The notes below the pieces were generated by a model, which was given only the letters and a program-made list of their open reading frames with translations, was not told the origin of the DNA and did not search any database. Shown piece after piece: positions 31,867 to 32,000 of a DNA stretch of 32,000 nt. The stretch comes from Candidatus Saccharimonadota bacterium (lineage in GTDB: Bacteria; Pseudomonadota; Gammaproteobacteria; Enterobacterales; Enterobacteriaceae), in assembly GCF_000185985.2 (NCBI RefSeq), contig NC_014909.2, positions 180,001-212,000 on the forward strand, read 5' to 3'. A program made the position numbers and the translations under genes. The stretch's first letter is position 1, and every line of letters begins with the position of its first letter.

Positions 31867-31936
31867 TGTTTATTAACATTTTATGTTGGGATATTATTTA
31901 TTGTATTATATACATTCATTAATAAAAAGATTATAC

Positions 31937-32000
31937 GCACCCGTAGCTCAAATGGATAGAGCACTCGGCTACGAACCGAGAGGTCGGAGGTTCAAATCCT
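31937..32000 (+). tRNA. argV: tRNA-Arg (anticodon ACG), 3' end truncated by the window edge
   Basis: GCACCCGTAGCTCAAATGGATAGAGCACTCGGCTACGAACCGAGAGGTCGGAGGTTCAAATCCT is near-identical to E. coli argV/Y/Z/Q. The anticodon loop is CTACGAA. It follows tRNA-Ser, as in the E. coli serV-argV cluster. The last 13 nt or so lie outside the window. Confidence 0.85.

Overview
This is a very AT-rich window (by eye about three quarters A+T; not computed). It reads as a core-chromosome segment of a genome-reduced, Enterobacterales-derived insect endosymbiont of the Blochmannia/Buchnera type. That assignment is an inference from composition, gene content and E. coli-like protein sequences, not a database hit.

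I can support 22 protein genes and 2 tRNAs:
- dksA and folK on the plus strand
- lpdA-aceF-aceE on the minus strand
- mrcB and erpA
- pyrG-eno, cysJIH, cysG, cysDNC, ftsB-ispD-ispF, nlpD, alaS and csrA (csrA is absent from the supplied ORF track)
- tRNA-Ser(GCU) and tRNA-Arg(ACG), the latter cut by the window end

Every other ORF in the six-frame track is an antisense or alternate-frame shadow of one of these genes. From pyrG to the tRNAs the order is collinear with E. coli K-12 b2780 down to b2694, heavily deleted, and cysG is the only non-collinear gene. The left third matches E. coli b0114-b0156 after one inversion.

I found no candidate for a novel multi-gene system. There are no mobile elements, CRISPR arrays, toxin or defence genes, and no unassigned intact ORFs. 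The only unexplained sequence is in ORF-free AT-rich spacers of 1.3 kb, 0.85 kb, 0.6 kb and about 0.4 kb, which sit where E. coli carries genes that are missing here.

Modest-interest points:
- a contiguous sulfate-to-sulfide block, with cysG in the slot that holds CRISPR-Cas in E. coli K-12
- absence of pdhR and rpoS from their E. coli positions while dksA and csrA are retained
- a single-lipoyl-domain AceF
- a 15-bp-stem hairpin downstream of eno
- A9-A10 tracts inside coding regions
- a tRNA-Ser gene without an encoded CCA
- an odd 5' end on mrcB
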